Shown here: in pieces, positions 21,901 to 31,232 of the stretch
Numbering within the stretch: position 1 is the stretch's first letter
Layout: every line of letters begins with the position of its first letter
IMG/VR virus record: IMGVR_UViG_3300033273_000460
Coordinates: 1-64,000 of that record
Strand: one strand, 5' to 3'
DNA length: 64,000 bases
Origin: a virus
Notes under the pieces: generated by a model
Told to the model about the DNA's origin: nothing
Seen by the model: only the letters and a program-made list of their open reading frames with translations
Databases searched by the model: none
Program-made: the position numbers and the translations under genes

Positions 21901-24096
21901 CATAACGAAGCCTAGGTCGTTAGCATTAGAGCCAGCACCACTGTTAAGTTCAATTAGACTGTCACTAACAACACTGTTTGTTGTTGATAGAGTGGTAGTC
22001 GTTCCGCTAACTGTTAGGTTACCTGTTACTGTTAGATCACTTCCAATTGTAACATCATCTGGTAATGAAAGTGTAATAGTATTATCTGAAACTGTTGTAG
22101 TAATTTCATTAGCAGTACCAGCAAATGTAAGTGTGTCGGTACCAACAGTTACAGTATCGTTTGATCCATTGTCTGCTGCAATAGTTAGAGCTGAACCAGA
22201 TGACACCTGTGAATCAACATATGCTTTGGTTGCTGCATCTTGGTTGCTTTGTGGATCACTAACGTTAACAATTTTACTTGTATCAACATCAATTGTTCCA
22301 GAACCTTTTGGACTTAGCACTAGGTTAATGTTTGTGTCACTACCTGTTGTGGTAATAGTTGGATGTCCACTTGCCGCTGCGTTTGCTAGTGTAATTTCGT
22401 TTACTGCACTTCCTGTTGTAGTAAAGATAATAAGTTCGTTGCCGTTAGCATCAGCAATAAAGCCTGAATTTGCAATCTTTGGTGCAGTAAGAGTTTTATT
22501 AGTCAATGTAACAGTATTTGTAAGTGTAGCAAAGCTATCATCACTTAACGCACTGTTAAATTCTGCAGTAGTACCAGTTAGTGTACCTTCACTTAAATCA
22601 AGTGTTAGTGTGTTACTATCACTGTTGATTGTTTTATTTGTTAGTGTGTCAGTTGTGGCACGACCCACTAGTGTGTCTGTTGCTGCTTGAATTGTTACTG
22701 TAACATCTGATCCTGGATCAGCTACTGTAAGTGTCAGTTCGTTTGCATCGTCTGTTGAACCTTCAAAAACAATACTACTATCAGTAAGTGCAAGAGAAGT
22801 AACTGTTGGACTTGTAATAGTAGGTGATGTTAGTGTTTTGTTAGTAAGTGTTACACTGTTTGTTAGTGTAGCAAAGCTATCATCACTTAGAGCAGTGTTA
22901 AACTCTGCTGTTGTACCTGTAAGTGTTCCTTCGCTAAGGTCTAATGTAAGTGTGTTACTTGCACTATCAATGGTCTTATTTGTAAGTGTGTCAGTTGTAG
23001 CTTTACCTACTAATGTGTCTGTAGCAGCCGGTAATGTGAGTGTTGCATCTGCTGTACTTGCAGGACCAATAAGTGTTACTGCATTTGAACCATTGTCACT
23101 GTCTTCAAAAAACTTAATAAAACCTGCGCTGGTAGCACCGTTCTTGATGTCCATACCTGCGTTTACTGTTGGGGTTGTAAGTGTTTTGTTAGTAAGTGTT
23201 TTAGTTGTGCCACTAAAATATGTGTCAATGTCATCAACATCAACTTGTACCATGGTGCCTGCGTCATTGTAAACAACTCTATCGCCACTTGCTACTGTTG
23301 TGCTAGTAGCACTGGTATCGCCATCAACAATGTTAAGTTCACTTACTGTGCTGGTAATGCCGGCTAGTACATTAATTTCTGATGCTGTTGCTGTGATTGA
23401 AGTACCGCCAATTTGTAGTGTGGTTGCATTAACTTCACCACTTGCTCCATATATAACTGCTTTGCTGTTTACAATTGTGCCTGCACTTGATCCGTCAATT
23501 AAGTTTAACTCTGCGGCTGTTGCTGTGATTGAAGAACCACCAATTTGTAGTGTGGTTGCGTTTACTTCGCCGCTTGATCCATAAATGACTGCCTTGCTGT
23601 TAACAATAGTTCCTGCACTTGAACCATCAACTAAGTTTAGTTCTGCGGCTGTTGCTGTGACAGCATTGCTGCCATCGTTAAGTGTTGCATAGGTTAGTGT
23701 GCCCAGTTGTGCATTTGCATAACTTGAAATAGTTACGTTGCCGCCAGTGTCTCCATCTTCACTGCCAACGTTTGCAAGTACAAATTGGTCTGCACTTTCG
23801 TCCCAAAGGAATGCATAGTTGTCGCCAGTTCCTCTGTTGATAAGCAAACCTGAGTCTTCACTGGGCGAACCTGATGTGCTTGCTGCTAGTGCAATGATAG
23901 CATCATCAACTCTGGTGTTGGTTGTACTAACACTAACGGTAGTACCGCTAACTGTTAGGTTACCACTAACTGTTAGGTCACTGCCGTATGTAAGGTTGTT
24001 TGCTAGTTTACCTGCAGTGATTGCATTGTTTGCAATCTTACCTGTGGTAACTGCCAAATCAGTAATCTGATTCGTTTTGATTCTGGTTAACGCCAT
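18988..24096 (-). CDS. Very long modular tail fibre/appendage protein (1702 aa)
   Basis: Internal tandem repeats, GTTAQRP...GMFRFN module, NGVVQEP..Y.ISGTTLTF module and ADLAERY C-terminal domain. Confidence 0.8.
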   Translation of the reverse strand: MALTRIKTNQITDLAVTTGKIANNAITAGKLANNLTYGSDLTVSGNLTVSGTTVSVSTTNTRVDDAIIALAASTSGSPSEDSGLLINRGTGDNYAFLWDESADQFVLANVGSEDGDTGGNVTISSYANAQLGTLTYATLNDGSNAVTATAAELNLVDGSSAGTIVNSKAVIYGSSGEVNATTLQIGGSSITATAAELNLIDGSSAGTIVNSKAVIYGASGEVNATTLQIGGTSITATASEINVLAGITSTVSELNIVDGDTSATSTTVASGDRVVYNDAGTMVQVDVDDIDTYFSGTTKTLTNKTLTTPTVNAGMDIKNGATSAGFIKFFEDSDNGSNAVTLIGPASTADATLTLPAATDTLVGKATTDTLTNKTIDSASNTLTLDLSEGTLTGTTAEFNTALSDDSFATLTNSVTLTNKTLTSPTITSPTVTSLALTDSSIVFEGSTDDANELTLTVADPGSDVTVTIQAATDTLVGRATTDTLTNKTINSDSNTLTLDLSEGTLTGTTAEFNSALSDDSFATLTNTVTLTNKTLTAPKIANSGFIADANGNELIIFTTTGSAVNEITLANAAASGHPTITTTGSDTNINLVLSPKGSGTIDVDTSKIVNVSDPQSNQDAATKAYVDSQVSSGSALTIAADNGSNDTVTVGTDTLTFAGTANEITTTVSDNTITLSLPDDVTIGSDLTVTGNLTVSGTTTTLSTTNSVVSDSLIELNSGAGSNANDLGFVMERGSTGDNAAIIWDESADVFVFGTTTATGASTGDLTVAKGGIEVATINTTGTATINDATVGGGYGSTGVTISAAGVIQANGAITSDGAVTGGSLTDGTATISSGAISGVTTISTSSTATINDATFGGGYGSTGATISSGGVIQTDGNITSDATVTGATVTDGTFSVSSGAITGVTTISTSGTATINDLTVGGGYGSTGVTVSAAGVIQANGAITSDGAITGGSLTDGTATLSSGALSGATTGAFSSNVTVGGTLGVTGESTLASATVSDLTNNRIVIAGSSGALEDDANLTFDGTTFEVGGGYGATGLDIAMNGNVSTNGTIDADGAITGGSLTDGTATFSSGALSGATTGAFSSNVTVGGTLGVTGESTLASATVSDLTDNRIVIAGSSGALEDDANLTFDGTTFEVGGGYGSTGLDIAMNGNVSTNGTITSDGAVTGGSLTDGTATISSGALSGATTGAFSSNVTVGGTLGVTGESTLASATVSDLTSGRVVLAGTSGAIEDSGNLTFNGSTLAVTGAITASSNVDIADAGSLRVGTGNDFTINHDGTDTTITNGTGILAIDGTATSSIRVNEAGANVDFVVEGDTNTALLTVDASGDNVGVGGAPNANAVFHVNDTGAMIVATGTTAQRPGTGVTGMFRFNSTLNTVEYYGNSAWASVSSDFTVATSQTFNGDNSTVAFTLSALTGADSYNVAGVLVMLNGVVQEPTTVYGISGTTLTFTSAPASGDLIEVRKFTTTTTINTLADQDGDTQIQVEESSDEDIIRFDTGGTERVRIDSSGLIIASGTMQGTATEATNVTITANNTANETVYLTFVDGATGTQGLETDTNLSYNPSTNVLSTTASQAQYADLAERYAADEDIEPGTVVHFAGDGKVAACDQANCRRVAGIVSTNPAYLMNSAQDGVALALAGRVPCKVTGPVAAGDLMVSAGNGMAMANNEAAMGTVIGKAIEAHEGDEGVIEVLALMM
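20400..21720 (-). repeat. Coding tandem repeats in the fibre gene: 195-bp (65 aa) and 327-bp (109 aa) units
   Basis: GGGYG(S/A)TG anchors recur at 21720, 21525, 21330 (195-bp spacing), then 21003 and 20676 (327-bp spacing). ESTLASATVSDLT recurs at 20456, 20783, 21110. Confidence 0.9.
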
Positions 24097-24246
24097 GCTG
24101 TCTCACTCCAATCACGAACTGTTAGTTGTATTTATCTAGTGTGTAGAGTAATATAGTGTAGTCGCACAGAAATAAACCATAAAAAAGGTCTATGATATAT
24201 GTTTTTAAGGGGAAATTTTAGAGCAGTAGAACACCTGCAATATTAT

Positions 24247-25377
24247 TTAGTGTAGATCAACCCAAACGCCGTTGGCATAGCCTTGAAACTTGTTGGTAGT
24301 TGTATTGTATATTACATCACCGTTTTCACTGCTCAGTGCATCTCTGCTGGTAGTTGTGTGCTTTTGGAATGATTGTGCAACTGTGTCAGTGCCACTGTGA
24401 AAACTTCTTACTTGTATCACATCACCGTTAGAAGGTGCATTTGTAAATGTGAGTGTTGTTCCGCTTACACTGTAGGCATTAGTTGCTTCTTGAACCGTAC
24501 CGTTTAATGTAACTAACACACTATTAGTAGTTGCACTTTGTCCAAGTGTAAATGCTATTGTACTGTTGTCGCCTGCAAAATCATCTTTTGAAACAGTGTT
24601 TGTGGCACCAACACTCACCCATGCACTACCGTTGTATATTTCCAATTCGTTTGCGGTGGTATTAAAACGTATCATACCTGTTTGACCACTTGGACGTTGT
24701 CCTGTGGACCCTACAGGAACAATAAGTCCACTGTTTGTATCAATAGCAACATAACCTGTACCAGCTGGTTCAATTATAATCTCTTCATTACTAACTGTGG
24801 TTTGTAGTCTGTTGTCTGTGAATGTAAATGCACCTGTGTCGCCACCTACTCCAAATGTGCCGCTGTATCTTGCACCAGCAATGTAAACACTTTTGCCTGT
24901 AAAACTAATACCATTGGGCAAGTTAGTACCAATAAAGTGTAACACACCTGATTGATAGTCAAAGAACCATTCATCATCATTGCCACTGCCTGTAGCAAAC
25001 ACTTGGTCTCCACCACTAGCACCTGCTGCATCACCACTGGTATGAATGTAAACTTTTACTTGATATGTACTACCAAACTCTGGCGAAATCCAATCTGTTT
25101 GTCCTGTTTTCCAAGTTCTATTTGCAGTTGCAGTGTTATCAAGTGTTGTTTCAATAGGACTGCTTGTGGGATACACAGTAACGACACCTGTGCTACTTGC
25201 AGGTTGTGTGCTTGGAATACTAGCAGAATCTTTTAACACTTTGTCTGCACGAAGGATTAGGGGAGAGGCAATCGCTTCGTTGGGTGCTTTTTTGTTAGCA
25301 TTGGTATCTGATTTAGTTGCGGCATAACCTAGTTTTTTCCAAAGGTAGTCAACTTTCTGGGTATCTGTAATAGCCAT
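24247..25377 (-). CDS. Virion structural/fibre-associated protein (376 aa)
   Basis: WFFDYQSGVLHF; C-terminal VPVGSTGQRP...GMIRFNT and LNGTVQE...YSVSGTTLTF modules shared with the 1702-aa fibre. Confidence 0.65.
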   Translation of the reverse strand: MAITDTQKVDYLWKKLGYAATKSDTNANKKAPNEAIASPLILRADKVLKDSASIPSTQPASSTGVVTVYPTSSPIETTLDNTATANRTWKTGQTDWISPEFGSTYQVKVYIHTSGDAAGASGGDQVFATGSGNDDEWFFDYQSGVLHFIGTNLPNGISFTGKSVYIAGARYSGTFGVGGDTGAFTFTDNRLQTTVSNEEIIIEPAGTGYVAIDTNSGLIVPVGSTGQRPSGQTGMIRFNTTANELEIYNGSAWVSVGATNTVSKDDFAGDNSTIAFTLGQSATTNSVLVTLNGTVQEATNAYSVSGTTLTFTNAPSNGDVIQVRSFHSGTDTVAQSFQKHTTTSRDALSSENGDVIYNTTTNKFQGYANGVWVDLH

Positions 25378-28300
25378 TAACTAGCAACTCCTATACTCAA
25401 TGCAGTTACGCTTTCGCCACTTGCCAGTGCAATTCGCACCAACACTACATTGTTCTGAGCATTTGACATGTTCTCACTGCCCAGTGTCATTGTATAGCCA
25501 CCGCTGAGTGCAGTGCCTGTGGCTATTCTATCACCTGATGTAAACGCACATCCGTCACTGCCATTACCACCGCTACCTGTATTACTACCAGGCTGTCCGC
25601 TACCGCCATAGGTTGTGTCTGCTCTCAGCCAACCGTTGAGTCCACTACTGTCATCAATGCCTGTGCCAGGTGCCGCAATAAACACACCACTAACACCACT
25701 TGAACTTGTAATGTTGATATCAAAGTTAGCAACTGTGGTTCTGCGGAATGCAAATGTAAAATACTGTGTGCCAGTATCACCGCTTCTGTCCGGACCTACA
25801 GGTAGGAATCCTGTGCTATAATCAGTTACGTCATGCTTTAGTACACCTAATCTTATAGTTGCTTCCTGCGTACCACTTACACCCGGATCACTTGATTCGC
25901 TGTACACACTGTTTGTGTAAAAGTTTGTTGAACTTGTGTAACTTGGTGTGTTAGTAGTGTCTGCACTAAAGTCAAAAACACGCACACCATCATCATCATA
26001 TGTAGCACCTAGACTGTCACTTACTGCAATCGCAATCTCACTGATGCCACTTTGTGCGCTTCTATGCACCTGTACTTTTGTTGACAAGTTACTGTAACTG
26101 CTTACACCGTTGACATTTCTTGCCCTAATGCGAGGTGCTTCAACTGTGCGTACACTAGAGGTTGTAATGTCTACTGTGAGATCTTTAATACTGTAAGCAC
26201 TGCTTGTGCCAATGTCTTTCACAGGAATACCACTGCTAAGTTGTGCAGATTCTAATATGTTTGCATAAGTGTAGTTTTCACTTTGAATAGCACTGCTACT
26301 GGTACTTTCATAGTTTGTACCTGGGTCTACTTCAACAATGTTGCTTTGATTTGTATATGCTTGACCTACTAGATTGTTGATTGTTACACCACTTAGTGTC
26401 AATGTCGGACTGCCTGTGTTATAGTAAGGAATACCTGAGATGAATCTCTTTGTGCCACTGGTGCCTTCACTTAGTGTACCTGTTGCTCCAAAACTAGGAC
26501 TACCAGTCATATCATCTCGCAGTACATGCACATAGTTTGTGTTGCCAGTTGTGGTATGCGTTAGTCTTTGTGCTGACAAACCTACACTGTATCCAGTAAG
26601 TGCTTTTGTAATCTTTGCATCAAAGGTTTGATAAAAATCACTAGGATATGCTGAGTTGATTGAGTTGTAGTCAACCTGGTTACTCACAACCAAACTTGTA
26701 AATGTTCCGTTTTCACCTGTTGTTGTAGTAAATGCTTTTGTGCCATCGTTACTACCATTGATCTCTGCAGCAAGAGTGCCTGTTGCACCATTGTATGCAT
26801 CATTCACAACATTAGTATCAATAGTGCCACTGGTATAACGTCTCGCTGTTGTTGTATTAAGGTTAGCACCGGCACTAAGCGTAGTTGCTGCTCCTGTGTT
26901 GTCATCAAAGCCACTTGCAAGCAATGGACTTGTGCCTTGCGCACTGTCGCTCAATGTAAGACTCTTTCCGCTTAGACTTGTAGGTGCGCTAGGTGTTGCT
27001 TTTAGATTAAATGTAATGCTTGTGTCTACATCAGTTTGTGCCGTTAGATCTGGTGTACCGTTTGCAGTGAAAGATACATTGTAGTTTGCAGTACCTTCAC
27101 CTGCATAATCGTGATCCAGTGTAGCACCAATACTACCTGCCGCACTGCCATCTTCTGTAACAGCATCATCACTGCTTGTATCGCCCCAATCATATACATA
27201 ATCGTCTGCGTTTTGACTGGTGTTTGTCATACGCACTAGCGCACGATTGTTACCGCTCAGATCAGTAAAATCATATATTGTGTATTGGTTGTCGCCACTA
27301 GCATCACTGGTAGTTACTGCTGTACCGGCAATGTTTGCTCTCACATCTGGCTCAACGTGTACTGTAAATGTACTGCTGATAAATGGTGAACTTGTGTGAC
27401 TACTGATAACACGAAGATTGCCTGTGTAGTCTCTTGCTGTACCGTTTGCTTGGTCACTTGAGCTCAAAGCATATGTGTGACTTAGTGCAACGTTGCGATC
27501 GCCTGCTGCACCACTTCCGGCATTGACTGTAACATTACTTGTACCATCACCAAACTGGTATTGATACTGTATGCCGTATGTGCTATAACTTCCAACACCT
27601 GCTTCTGTTGTATTTGTAAGTTGTACAACGTGTCCACTAGTTCCTTCTTCGTTAACACCACTGTTATCATCTAGTGTCACAGTTGGTGTATGGGTATCGT
27701 AAATCTTGTATGTGTTTGTAGTGTTAGTAGGTATACTTGATGGCAATGCTGTGCTATGGCTATCTAGTGTTAGTCTAACAGTGCGTTGTACTTCTGTCTC
27801 GGTACTAGCAGTAAATGTGTGAGCAAGTCGTCCACCTGCTGTACCACCATTTGCTGTATTGTCAGTAATAACATCATCTGATTCACTATCGCCCCAATCC
27901 CAAGTGAATTGGATTGTTGCTGCTCCAATATTAGTGGTATTGTTTTCAAAATAAATTGTATCGCCGTCATCCCAACTTGTGATAGGCGAACCGCCAGAAC
28001 TAGCAGCATATGCTGCAAAACTAACTACTGGATCAGCAGTGTATATTGTTATATAATTTGTGCGAGTTTTACTTTCTTCACTTCCAGATCCACTACCACC
28101 GTTGTTGTATGCTCTAACTGTAACACTGAATGGACTACCTGTGTTGGTAGCATAAGTGTGACTTGGTGTACTGTCTGTAGTACCTGTTGTAGTATCACCG
28201 TCGCCCCAGGTAATATCATATCTGTTTGGATTACCGTCTGCTGTAATAGTAAGTGTTACTGTTGTGCCTGCACCACCACTGGTAACATCAGCAGTGAAGT

Positions 28301-29114
28301 CTACATTACTCACTGCAGTACTATTGAGGACGTTTTGTATTGCTTCGTTTAGATCATCAATAGCATCTGTTACTTTTGTGCCTGTTACAAAACTTTTGTA
28401 CATAGCATCAGTGGTTAAACTACTGTCAGTTGGTGTACCTAGTGTAATTTGCATACCAGTACTAATAGAACCGCCACTTACTTGTGCATCTACATATGCT
28501 TTAATGCTTTGTTGAGTTGCTAGTGCAGTTGCACTGTCACTGTCAAATCCGTCTTCATCTAGTATGCTAGTGACACTGGTGCTGCTACTAAGTTGTAAAC
28601 TGCCTGCAATGTTAGTGCCACTGTTTAGTTTAACAATGCCTGTACCACTTGGATCAATGATGATGTCTTCGTTACTGCTACTGCTAATAATGTTAAAGCC
28701 AGCAACATCTAAATCACCACCAAGTTGTGGACTTGTGTCAAAACTTAAATCTGTATTGATGCCTGTTAAACTGCTACCGTCACCAACAAATGATGTTGCT
28801 GTTACTGTACCTGTGATATTAACATCACCTGTGCCAGTAATATCATTACTATTTAGGTCTAAGTTACCGCCTAGTTGTGGTGAACTGTCAAAACTTAAAT
28901 CTGTATTGATACCTGTCAAACTGCTGCCATCGCCAGCAAAAGATGTGGCAGTGACAGTACCTGATACGTCTAATGCTGTAGTTGGATTAGTTTTTGCTAT
29001 ACCAATGCGACCATTGGTGTAATCTATTACAAGAGTGTTGGTGTTAAAAGCTAAGTCGCTATCACGTTCTAGATTTGCTCTTAGGGCTCTACCCCCAATA
29101 CGACTTATAGCCAT
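25377..29114 (-). CDS. Large virion structural protein with PKD/Ig-like repeats (1245 aa)
   Basis: Repeated (W/F)GD motifs (ITWGDG, WDWGD, YQFGDG, YDWGD) followed by HTY/HTF, typical of PKD domains; fibre-like N-terminus. Confidence 0.7.
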   Translation of the reverse strand: MAISRIGGRALRANLERDSDLAFNTNTLVIDYTNGRIGIAKTNPTTALDVSGTVTATSFAGDGSSLTGINTDLSFDSSPQLGGNLDLNSNDITGTGDVNITGTVTATSFVGDGSSLTGINTDLSFDTSPQLGGDLDVAGFNIISSSSNEDIIIDPSGTGIVKLNSGTNIAGSLQLSSSTSVTSILDEDGFDSDSATALATQQSIKAYVDAQVSGGSISTGMQITLGTPTDSSLTTDAMYKSFVTGTKVTDAIDDLNEAIQNVLNSTAVSNVDFTADVTSGGAGTTVTLTITADGNPNRYDITWGDGDTTTGTTDSTPSHTYATNTGSPFSVTVRAYNNGGSGSGSEESKTRTNYITIYTADPVVSFAAYAASSGGSPITSWDDGDTIYFENNTTNIGAATIQFTWDWGDSESDDVITDNTANGGTAGGRLAHTFTASTETEVQRTVRLTLDSHSTALPSSIPTNTTNTYKIYDTHTPTVTLDDNSGVNEEGTSGHVVQLTNTTEAGVGSYSTYGIQYQYQFGDGTSNVTVNAGSGAAGDRNVALSHTYALSSSDQANGTARDYTGNLRVISSHTSSPFISSTFTVHVEPDVRANIAGTAVTTSDASGDNQYTIYDFTDLSGNNRALVRMTNTSQNADDYVYDWGDTSSDDAVTEDGSAAGSIGATLDHDYAGEGTANYNVSFTANGTPDLTAQTDVDTSITFNLKATPSAPTSLSGKSLTLSDSAQGTSPLLASGFDDNTGAATTLSAGANLNTTTARRYTSGTIDTNVVNDAYNGATGTLAAEINGSNDGTKAFTTTTGENGTFTSLVVSNQVDYNSINSAYPSDFYQTFDAKITKALTGYSVGLSAQRLTHTTTGNTNYVHVLRDDMTGSPSFGATGTLSEGTSGTKRFISGIPYYNTGSPTLTLSGVTINNLVGQAYTNQSNIVEVDPGTNYESTSSSAIQSENYTYANILESAQLSSGIPVKDIGTSSAYSIKDLTVDITTSSVRTVEAPRIRARNVNGVSSYSNLSTKVQVHRSAQSGISEIAIAVSDSLGATYDDDGVRVFDFSADTTNTPSYTSSTNFYTNSVYSESSDPGVSGTQEATIRLGVLKHDVTDYSTGFLPVGPDRSGDTGTQYFTFAFRRTTVANFDINITSSSGVSGVFIAAPGTGIDDSSGLNGWLRADTTYGGSGQPGSNTGSGGNGSDGCAFTSGDRIATGTALSGGYTMTLGSENMSNAQNNVVLVRIALASGESVTALSIGVAS
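28700..28970 (-). repeat. 150-bp (50 aa) tandem duplication in the PKD-protein N-terminus
   Basis: GTVTATSFxGDGSSLTGINTDLSFDxSPQLGGxLD occurs twice; AAACTTAAATCTGTATTGAT at 28741 and 28891. Confidence 0.85.
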
Positions 29115-29190
29115 ACCAGTACACTCCGCTATCTTGCGATCACCTGCTAACGTCCGAGGTGACAGGGTTTGTTAGTGTTATTTATGAGTG

Positions 29191-29622
29191 TTAGTTAGAG
29201 TCATATCCATGGATGATTGTGATTGTTTCACTATCACCTGGAGGACTTGTAAAAGTAATAGTTGTTCCACTGAGTGTGTAAGCACTTGCTGGATTCTGAT
29301 AAACGTTTCCAACTGCAACAACAATACGCTGTGTTTGATCACTTTCAACACTGGTACTCATTGTAAACGCTACTGTTGATCCGTCACCTATAAATGAATC
29401 CTGTGTTATTGTCACAGTTCCACTAGTAGCCAGTGATTGAAATTGTGTACCATTGTAAACTTCTAGTATAGAAGTATCTGTGTTGAAACGAAGATCGCCT
29501 GCGTCTGGATCACTAGGACGATCTGCGGTACCACCAGCAGGTGTGCCTGTTGCACCTGTGTCATCTGATTTAATTGTGTTGCCACCATCAAATGTAGCTT
29601 TGTTTTTTACAAAACCTGCCAT
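29191..29622 (-). CDS. Small fibre-associated structural protein
   Basis: GGTADRP...GDLRFNT...LEVYNG plus GDGSTVAFT...GNVYQNP..YTLSGTTITF, the same modules as neighbouring fibre genes. Confidence 0.65.
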   Translation of the reverse strand: MAGFVKNKATFDGGNTIKSDDTGATGTPAGGTADRPSDPDAGDLRFNTDTSILEVYNGTQFQSLATSGTVTITQDSFIGDGSTVAFTMSTSVESDQTQRIVVAVGNVYQNPASAYTLSGTTITFTSPPGDSETITIIHGYDSN

Positions 29623-29933
29623 TAGATATCTACCGAACTGATTGTAGGAAAAATGCTACTGCCTGCACTTGCTGTACACTGTATTGTGTCACCGTTGCTT
29701 AATACAAGTTTTTCAGTGTTAATAACATAGGAGTCAGCAGGATCAATTGTGATTGTTTTTACAATCTGATTTGTGTTAGCAATACTACCTCCACTTTGCA
29801 CAACATGCACGTTTAATGTTCTTGCGGCAGCGTTGTCATTCATAAAAAACATACAAGTGATAGCGGTAGTTCCACTGCTTGTGTAAACTGTTGTTGCACC
29901 TGTTCCTATAGCGCCTGCTTGGGTAATAGCCAT
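29622..29933 (-). CDS. Small beta-rich structural protein (103 aa)
   Basis: Translationally coupled (TAATG overlap) within the fibre operon; EKLVLSNGD motif. Confidence 0.6.
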   Translation of the reverse strand: MAITQAGAIGTGATTVYTSSGTTAITCMFFMNDNAAARTLNVHVVQSGGSIANTNQIVKTITIDPADSYVINTEKLVLSNGDTIQCTASAGSSIFPTISSVDI

Positions 29934-29945
29934 TTGTAACTTCCT

Positions 29946-30587
29946 TTAAAAAATTAATCCATACACGATGGCTTTTGATTTACTTACCAATTCATCACTG
30001 GTGCTGCCATCAACAAAATAAACACCAGTGCCACCGCCTGCTGCAGTGTCTGCATATAACAGTGTTGCACCTGTTGCACTTGCTGGTGCACTTGCTAGAT
30101 CGTTAAGTTTTAGCGCACTTGCTATTGTAACTCTACCTGTACCATTTGGTACCAACTGAATATCTTCGTTGCTTTGCGCACTAACAATGTTAAAACTGTT
30201 TAAGTCAAGATCACCACCAAGTTGTGGTGATGTGTCTTGGACAACTGAAGTCAGTCCTGAACCAACACCTGTTAGAATACTGTCAAATGTACTGCCATTG
30301 TCTGTACTTACTTTAAATGTGTCATCATTTTCATCAAACACAATAAGTGCATTATCAGAACTGCCTCTGTCTATTTCTAAACCACTGTAACGTCCTGTTA
30401 CTCCTGCACCACTTTCACCATCGTTGAGTACAATCACTCTGTCTTTGATTTCAGTATTAGTAGCACTGATAGTTGTTGTTGTACCAGTTACAGTTAAATT
30501 TGCACTAATGGTAGTATCACTTGCAAGTGTTATACCGCCAGTTGCGCTTAGGTTATATGCACCAGTGATTCTTTCAGTTTTTGCCAT
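29946..30587 (-). CDS. Fibre-like structural protein (213 aa)
   Basis: Shares D..IxLN.GE...GLEIDRG and DTSPQLGGDLD modules with the long fibres; late promoter GATAAATA at 30612-30619. Confidence 0.65.
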   Translation of the reverse strand: MAKTERITGAYNLSATGGITLASDTTISANLTVTGTTTTISATNTEIKDRVIVLNDGESGAGVTGRYSGLEIDRGSSDNALIVFDENDDTFKVSTDNGSTFDSILTGVGSGLTSVVQDTSPQLGGDLDLNSFNIVSAQSNEDIQLVPNGTGRVTIASALKLNDLASAPASATGATLLYADTAAGGGTGVYFVDGSTSDELVSKSKAIVYGLIF

Positions 30588-30597
30588 TAGAGATCCA

Positions 30598-31170
30598 TCA
30601 TTCTGTTGTATTATTTATCATAGTCTCAAACTGTGCTAATGTCATTGTTTCAAAGTTTTTGTGTCTAGACCATTGCTCTGGAGTGTAACCACACAAAGGA
30701 TTGACATGTATAAAACGCTGACTGCTAAATTCTGTTATGATTTGATCTATTTGACTGACCCAATTACTGTGAGGAGTTGCTGCACTATCACTGGTTTTGT
30801 AATGTTTTGTGTCAGCATAAATGTTGTTCAAATGTTGAGTGTCACTGATTAAATCCATACCTACCAAAAAAATGTAACCATGTCCGTTCATTGCTGCTAT
30901 TGTAGCAGCAACAGGTCCACTACTCCATCCTGCATTTTTTTGTATTTGCACTGCATGTTCTGTGAGTAAAGCATTACTCCTTGTGTGTACAGTGTGTCCT
31001 TTGTTTTGTAGTTCAAGACTTATTTCTTTGTCAACTGCAACGCAAATATCGTAACTCATATCTTCGGCCGCACGATTACACACATACAAGCTACCTATGT
31101 TTTTCAAAAGCACAGGATCTACTTGTTTGCGTGTTTTTCCGTTGCCTAATACAAATCCAAAATGTTTCAT
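30598..31170 (-). CDS. Second Maf/DUF115-like protein, putative glycosyltransferase
   Basis: FVLGNGKTR, YVCN, AVD, WSSGPVAA..AA, IFLVGMD, NIYADT; paralogous to 13485..14231. Confidence 0.6.
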   Translation of the reverse strand: MKHFGFVLGNGKTRKQVDPVLLKNIGSLYVCNRAAEDMSYDICVAVDKEISLELQNKGHTVHTRSNALLTEHAVQIQKNAGWSSGPVAATIAAMNGHGYIFLVGMDLISDTQHLNNIYADTKHYKTSDSAATPHSNWVSQIDQIITEFSSQRFIHVNPLCGYTPEQWSRHKNFETMTLAQFETMINNTTE

Positions 31171-31176
31171 GTCAAT

Positions 31177-31222
31177 AAAAAAGGTTACAGTCTATTATAA
31201 CTGTAACCTTTCTTTGTGTCAA
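31177..31222 (-). promoter_or_regulatory. Consensus sigma70 promoter overlapping an intrinsic terminator
   Basis: Minus strand TTGACA (31222-31217), 17-nt spacer, TATAAT (31199-31194). The -10 sits in the loop of the 12-bp hairpin AAAGGTTACAGT/ACTGTAACCTTT followed by a U-tract. Confidence 0.8.
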
Positions 31223-31232
31223 GTGCAAAAAA

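Noticed and set aside
24097-24246. 150-bp intergenic gap as a possible ncRNA
   Set aside because: AT-rich with only a late promoter and no convincing helices.
14184-29022. Many long plus-strand ORFs opposite the fibre genes (e.g. 21608..22690, 19955..20668)
   Set aside because: Antisense shadows of Thr/Ser/Gly codon bias: Val/Pro/Leu-rich, no RBS or promoter, fully overlapping well-supported genes.
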